From: Octopus sinensis
Lineage: Eukaryota
Assembly (NCBI RefSeq): GCF_006345805.1
Contig: NC_043001.1
Coordinates: 96,286,001 to 96,350,000 of the forward strand
Direction: 5' to 3'
DNA: 64,000 nucleotides
Below are positions 56,992 through 64,000 of this stretch, piece by piece. The notes under the pieces are model-generated. The model worked only from the letters and a program-made list of their open reading frames with translations, made no database searches and was not told the origin of the DNA. The first letter of the stretch is position 1. Each line of letters starts with the position of its first letter. A program made the position numbers and the translations under genes.

Positions 56992-58649
56992 TACATGTGA
57001 GTTCTCTAGACATCCTAGTGGTTGAGGCTATACTCATGAAGTAATGTAGATAATTAAGTAACATAAACAGATTTCCAAAGTTCATTAAAGTTCTTTAAGA
57101 TGATGTACAGTCTTATCACAGAATTTTAAAAAAGTTTTAATAGCATCACAGAGAAGGTGACCTAATCCATAGTGCACATATGAATTTCCAGAGATATGAG
57201 GAGGGATTACATACTCACAGACGACAAATTTATCCATGTTAATCACAACGAGGTGGGTCTCAATTCCTGCTTATTAGCATTACAGAGAGGGTGAATTAAT
57301 CCTTTGTATAGATGCACAATTTCCAATGGTGTAGATGTAAATTTCCAGAGAAATGAAGAGGAATTTCATATTCACAGGCGATAAATTTATCAGTGGTTGA
57401 ACACAATGAGGTAGGTATCAATTCTTGTTATATGATTAGGTATTTGCCACATTAATCACATTACTGCTATTTACAAGAGGCTGTAGCTATTTAACTTTTA
57501 AAGGCTGAAGGGCTTACTAGAGATGCAAAGAACAGAAAAGGGAAGGGAAGAAAAGAAAAGAGAGAAAATAAAGGAGGAGGGAGCAAAAGGGGGGGGACTA
57601 AAAGAGAAGAGAAAAGGAAAAAGAGAATAAGAAGAAGAAAAAGAAAAAAGAGAAAAGAGAAAGAAATAGGGAAAGAAGGGAAAAAAAGAAAAAGAAAAAA
57701 AGAGGGTTCTAGTTATACAGAAGAATTAGTAGACGGCAAGTCTGGTTTTAATTTACAGGCATCTAGGAACTAGAGGAGAATATTATTCTTTGACCAGTAA
57801 AACAGCTAATTTATTGCTGTGAATCAGCTATGAATTTAAAGAGAATCTAAAGAGATAACACAGTCAGGGGTTTAGGAGTCAGAGGCTAAAATCAAAAGAA
57901 AATACATTAGGAAAATCTAAGTATAATCTTATCAAAAAGTCATTAAAATTTATTTATTTCATTATTCATTTTGTTGTCTTAAGGAGTTGCCGTTATTTTC
58001 ATACATTGACGGACTACAGGTCAAATCTTAGAAGATCATTTACAAGGTGTTAGGGAATTGTCTATCATAATGAAGATAATCATATTATCACCGAGGGAGT
58101 AGCCTTATTTATTTAATTTTGAAATAGAATTATGGGGCTTTAGTAACTCATTTTATTTTATTAAAGTTATGCTACTTAAATTAGATTAAGTTAAGAATTA
58201 AATTAAAAATTACAATTAAGATTTAAAATTAAGATTTAAAATTATGAGTTTGAAATTAAATAAAGCCTCAATTAAGCAGCGTATAAGTACTATTCATTTC
58301 CCTGATCTCAAAAAACTGATGCAGATATAAGGAAAAAGATAACTGTAGCGTGAGAACTCTTAGTTATCTACTTAAAGCAGTGCTATACTAGTAAAAATCA
58401 AGTTATATCTATCTATCTATCTAGTTACGAATATTCTAATCATTTAAAATATTTTAAAGTCTTCAATTTATATATTTATATGTGTATATATATATGTATA
58501 TATATATTCATACATATATATATATATATATATGTATGTGTGTATGTACTAAAACATTTTTTTGCTCTTAGCTTAGATTTCTGGGGCCAGCCAGATTTGA
58601 ACAGTCTCAAGTGTAAACGGCCTAATCTGTAAGGAATTCAACAAGGGTG

Positions 58650-59375
58650 TGTACTTGATCCAGTACCGTTCTCCTTCTAGATCGCAGCAGTGTTGAAAGT
58701 TGTTTTCGAATGAGTTGGAAGGGAGATTTACATTCGGACACGGTATAATGTTGATCCGTATAAAGCAAAAACGTGCACTACGAAGATCCTAGTGCGAGAA
58801 ATGCTGTTCACTGATGATTGTGCGTTGGTTGCTCACAGTGCTGAAGGTATGCAGAAACTGGTAGATAACTTTGCCAGAGCTGTACAACAGTTCAGCTTAA
58901 AGATAACATCAGAGAAACCGAATGTCTTTACCGACCTGTGCAGAACCTAGATACCCTTGTAACAGAAGAAAACATTCCTATTAGACATGAAGGGCCGGTT
59001 CAGTGCAAAGCATTCAAATACCTGTTTCTTTACTACCCACAAGGGACTAAACACAGAGGGGGCAAACAAGGACAGACAAACGGATTAAGTCGATTATATC
59101 GACCCCAGTGCGTAACTGGTACGTAATTTAATGACCCCGAAAGGATGAAAGGCAAAGTCGACCTCGGCGGAATTTGAACTCAAAACGTAACGGCTGACGA
59201 AATACGGCTACGCATTTCGCCCGGCGTGCTAACGTTTCTGCCAGCTCGCTGCCTTCAAATACCTATGCACCATCTCAGATAATGTACAACTAGATGAGGA
59301 AATCACATAGAAAATGAGCAGAGCTGGTGCTTTATTTGGCAAATTGCAGGAGAGACTGTGGAAAAGAAAAATGCT
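58650..59375 (+). mobile_element. RTE/BovB-like RT fragment interrupted by a SINE
   Basis: REMLFTDDCALVAHSAEGMQKLVDNFARA...LKI, FKYL and DEEI..MSRAGALFGKLQERLW. Confidence 0.8.
59024..59253 (-). mobile_element. SINE family B monomer with 11-bp TSD
   Basis: TTCAAATACCT at 59013-59023 and 59254-59264. Confidence 0.9.
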
Positions 59376-60274
59376 GGCATTGAAATAGAAATTACGTTCT
59401 AAAAAGATGTAAATTTAAAACAAATCAAGAGTGTGCATTCTTTTCTCTGGTTTCGCACAGTGTAGAACAGGAAAAGTAGGACCTTTCACAGGTTTCTTAA
59501 ACATGGAAGTTGAAGACAAAGAGCATATATCGCAACAGGATCTTGCAGAGAAGCGTAGTATTCAAGGAAGTTAATAAAGCATGATTTTTTTTTATCAACA
59601 ACTGAAGCATGGTTTTTTATCAACGACTGTACCATGCATCATATACTTATGAAACGTATTAGCCATGCAAGCGATAGAAAAATACTCTTTGTCGAGAGTA
59701 ATAGCGACATTCGTAAAGGAAAACTGCTGATGCCGAAAATTGAAACCTATGTGTTAACTCGGCTCTTCTATCTGAGTTGGTAAAATAGGTATTATTACCG
59801 GCTAAATTAAAGTTACAGATTTCAAGCAATTATTCGCACTTTTTCCCACAATCGCCAAGGCTGCATTGAATACGTAAAACTTTCTCTCGAGATAACATAC
59901 TTATTTCCAGCTAAATAACACTACTCGGCATTTAATGTCAAATTAGAGCAGAGATAGAACATCACTCACTAAGAGGCTTTTTAAAGCCGTCTGGAACTAC
60001 CGGACAAAAATAAAATAAATCACAAAAGACTACTATTATCATACATTAGTTAAAAAAAAATTCCATTATCCAAGTATAATACAACCTTAATTTTGTCTCT
60101 TGTTCTTTACTTGGTATATTTGAGGTTTTTTTTTTAGAAAGATATACTGATAAATTTCTATACAGAGACACGCATTTGTTACAACACTGTTTTATGTTTG
60201 TAAGTATATACACATGTATGCACATATCTTTCTATTTATCAAACTATATAACCGGAGATAAACATCTATATGAT

Positions 60275-60316
<42 letters not shown>

Positions 60317-60351
60317 TAGTGTGTATATATGTATATATATAGATATATATA

Positions 60352-60389
<38 letters not shown>

Positions 60390-60426
60390 CTATCTAGTTA
60401 TCTGTCTGTCACTCTGTATATTATAT

Positions 60427-60471
<45 letters not shown>

Positions 60472-61028
60472 ATATATATATGCACATACGTATTTATTGT
60501 GAGCATACAAATGCGTTACACTGACTCACACAGTAGAACAATAAATTATGCACACGTCTAACATGGTTCTCGTAATGTTAGTAGAAGTCTGAAAGTTCTT
60601 TCACATTAGTCAGATGGAAAATGAATCTATCTTCGGCAAGAACACCATTGTAACGCAAATTTAACATTCTCACGCGCTTTTATCTATTTCTGAAAACTAG
60701 ACTAACTAGGTCCAATAAGATCGAAACATATTTGATATTATCTCCCCCTTGCTTGGAAAATTATTTAAAGATACTATTAGCTAATAAATTATATTGCCTT
60801 TTCCTCAACGCCTAATCATTACGAATTAGTTTTTTAATTCTCGTTGTATTCAATGAGTTAACAACACTTACTTGTTACTGTTTTTTCTTGCAGATGGTGT
60901 GTCTGAGTAATTTTTCTCAGTAAATTATTTACAAAGATAATATAGAATTTAAGTGTCCTTGCGCTCTATCAACTGGTAATGCCATATTGTTGACATTTTT
61001 TATATTTCGCTTCCACAGTATCTTTTCT

Positions 61029-61059
<31 letters not shown>

Positions 61060-61096
61060 GCACACTCTACCTTACACACACACACAAACACAAACA

Positions 61097-61132
<36 letters not shown>

Positions 61133-61303
61133 ACTAACACATGCACAAAATATTTTAGTGTTTTGCTCTTAGACACTTGCAAACAAGAATAGCGACCAAT
61201 TAAATAGAGTAAACATGTCTATATAGAGTGAAAGTAACTGATGTCCATTCACATGTTCATACATGTTTTTTCCTTTCCCTTATTACACACACACAAACAC
61301 CAA

Positions 61304-61340
<37 letters not shown>

Positions 61341-61527
61341 CACATCCATACATACGTACATATATATATATATATATATAATATATATATATATACAGAC
61401 ACAGGCACACACAAGCACAAACAAGCACACACAAACACATACATATACGCACACTCACACACACACACACACAAACACACCCAAACACACACACATATAT
61501 ATATATTATATATATATATACATATAT

Positions 61528-61690
61528 ACAACGGGCTTCTTTCAGTTTCCGTCTACCAAATCCATTCACATGGCTTTGGTGGGTCCGAGGCCATAGTAGA
61601 AGACCTTTGCCCAAGGTGCCACGCTGTGGGACTGAACCCGGAACCATGTGGTTGGTAAGCAACAACTTACCACACAGCCACCCTGCGCCT
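61528..61690 (-). mobile_element. SINE family A head
   Basis: Reverse complement of the head of the copy at 19655. Confidence 0.85.
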
Positions 61691-61710
61691 ATATATATAT
61701 ATATATATTA

Positions 61711-61767
<57 letters not shown>

Positions 61768-61942
61768 ATAAGATATATATATATATTATACTATATATTA
61801 TATATATAATTATAGATATATATATATTTTTTTTAAATAATAAGGGTGAAAATTTGAAATAATTGATTTAATATCATTTAATAAAAACCAGTGGTGGTGT
61901 AGCATATTGAAAAATCTGAAGATTCAGAAAAATATATTAATA

Positions 61943-62216
61943 ACATATAAGAGGGATGACCACTAAGTGGACATCCATTATGCTAGAAGTAGACCCCCTA
62001 TGTCTTACCACTAAGAAAGGATTGTTCTCAAGAAAATAGGAAACGCCAGAACGTAAGCGAGCAAGACATATTTTGTATCTTTTCATTTGTCCTGCACGCT
62101 TACGTTCTGGTGTTTGCTAAATTTTCTTGCGAACATTCCTTTCTTAGTGGTAAGACCACAGGGGGTCTACTTCTAGCATAATGGATGTCCACTTGGTGGT
62201 CATCCCTCTTATATGT
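61943..62216. repeat. ~125-bp inverted repeat in a (TA)n-flanked element (about 61838-62216)
   Basis: ACATATAAGAGGGATGACCAC...AGAACGTAAGCG is mirrored with scattered substitutions; spacer ~18 bp. Confidence 0.9.
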
Positions 62217-62239
62217 ATATATAAATATATATCTGTATG

Positions 62240-62279
<40 letters not shown>

Positions 62280-62285
62280 AATGTG

Positions 62286-62433
<148 letters not shown>

Positions 62434-62646
62434 AATACATTTTATCCCATATTAGATGTAAATTTAATACTATTCACTTCCGGACTTTCTCACTCTATGA
62501 AAATTTTCAGTCCGATCACACGTGTCTCGAGGTGTGCTGGAGAATTTCTATTTTGGATATATTTGGGGGTACTTAAGTGTACATATGACTTAGTGTTTAC
62601 TTCTTCCATGGGTATAAGTAAGTATTTAATTTATTTCTTACTGTAT

Positions 62647-62707
62647 TTATCGCTGACGAGGAGAAAATTCTTATGAATTAACTCTGAAATCGGTGCCGAT
62701 ACGATAA
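62647..62707 (+). ncRNA. Type I hammerhead ribozyme motif
   Basis: TTATCG-CTGACGA-[GGAG..AATTC ttat GAATT..CTCT]-GAAA-TCGG tg CCGA-TA-CGATAA; predicted AUA cleavage after 62701. Confidence 0.85.
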
Positions 62708-62990
62708 TAACATATTTTAGAAATTTCTGTTGGCTTATTTCAAGACGCGTGCTTATAGTGATGAATTAATGTTTATTGACGATTTAAGTCTATTTTCGGC
62801 ATATTTGGCATTAGAAGTTTTTTCTTTTGTCTTTGTTTATAAGTTGTTTATAAATTTAACCTTTAAAGGTACTTTTTAATATGCTGGCCATTGATAGAAT
62901 TTTTCGAAAAAATTTTATGCTATATTAGATGTATATATATATATATATATATATATAATCTATATATATATATATGTGTGTGTGTATACA

Positions 62991-63515
62991 CTAGCTGACG
63001 TACCCGCTAATTCCCGGAAAAGCAGGCCTTATCCCTTGGTTCCGTTTTCATTATCATTTCGCTAATCCAATAACAACAAAACAAAGTATGTAGCTCTAAA
63101 AACGGGTTTTTGTGCATTCACAGAGAATACCGCACTGTCGTACATAGGATCTTGTTTTAAGGAATTCCCAATAAGTTATGAATATCCAAATTGTGAAGTC
63201 AGTTATGCAAAAACATGAAATTAGTTACCTGATTGTAACTCTTCAAAAGTAGTCCCGAAAAGGGCTTTAATGCGTTCCCAGAGTATATAGAACATAGGAA
63301 GAACTACTAATAAGGTATGTATACTAAAATCGTGAAGCATATTACGTAATAACAGGCTAATCAGATATGAGATAATAACTATTCAAAGTAAATATGTTTG
63401 AAAAGGGCTTTTGTGCGTTCTCAGAGAATATTACCTTCAGTGGCCCTAGTGTTAGTATATTCGTGAATAAGTCACTAACCAAAATAAGTGGATCTATTGT
63501 TTAGGAAAATACTGT
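62991..63515 (-). mobile_element. Non-autonomous Helitron 3' portion (paralog of 43274)
   Basis: 3' CTAG|T terminus with hairpin, and long colinear similarity to 43274-43765. Confidence 0.8.
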
Positions 63516-63529
63516 TAAGTTGTCAAGAA

Positions 63530-63735
63530 AGTTCTTGCGGAATTATAAATTTTGGTTTTAAATGATGTATTTTCAAATTAATTGTCGTTATTATTGAATT
63601 ATAAGAAAAAGAGTAACACGATTAGATAGAGCGAAAAACGGGTTTTAAAATGATATATAAAGTCAAAGTAATTTAACGACGATTAATTTGAAAAATACAT
63701 AATTTAAAACCAAAATTTATAATTCCGCAAGAACT
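63530..63735. repeat. ~60-bp inverted repeat (MITE-like or fold-back)
   Basis: AGTTCTTGCGGAATTATAAATTTTGGTTTTAAAT... and ...ATTTAAAACCAAAATTTATAATTCCGCAAGAACT. Confidence 0.8.
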
Positions 63736-63774
63736 ATTCAATTAAGCAATTTCCCCCGGAACGTTGAAAACAAC

Positions 63775-63891
63775 ATGGACTAAAAGCGAATTCACACAAT
63801 CTTCTTATTGCAGTTCAAGCTAGGCCGAAAAGCTGCTGAAACCTCTCGCGATATCAACGATGCGTTTGGCCCAGGGACTACTAATGCACGA
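63775..63891 (+). pseudogene. Mariner transposase N-terminal remnant (Hsmar1-like)
   Basis: MD*KRIHTIFLLQFKLGRKAAETSRDINDAFGPGTTNAR closely resembles the Hsmar1/SETMAR HTH start. Confidence 0.85.
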
Positions 63892-64000
63892 GAAGAAACA
63901 AACAAAAATAGTCGCAAGAAGACGGAATGGGCACAGATGGACAACAATTGCAACATGTTGGAGTCTGAAAAAAAAAAAAAAACGCCTAATAAACGATTCT

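Overview
AT-rich, repeat-saturated eukaryotic non-coding DNA, either intronic or intergenic. The SINE families and the very high microsatellite density suggest a cephalopod (Octopus-like) genome; this is an inference. No intact protein-coding gene is supported. Nearly all ORF-track entries are translated microsatellites or SINEs. Recognisable coding remnants are all transposon fossils: a Helitron PIF1 helicase, a CR1-group LINE RT, several RTE fragments, two Penelope-like (PLE) RT fragments and an Hsmar1-like mariner N-terminus. The most striking signal is at least nine well-formed type I hammerhead ribozyme (HHR) motifs from about seven sequence-unrelated short elements, plus degenerate copies. 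They have minimal, mostly self-complementary stem III helices, and one family carries a U3:A8 core covariation. The host elements are non-coding, mostly abut (TA)n tracts, and often form tail-out inverted or tandem-plus-inverted arrangements. This resembles a diverse set of non-autonomous PLE-derived, retrozyme-like elements. All structures were read by eye and coordinates may be off by a few bases.
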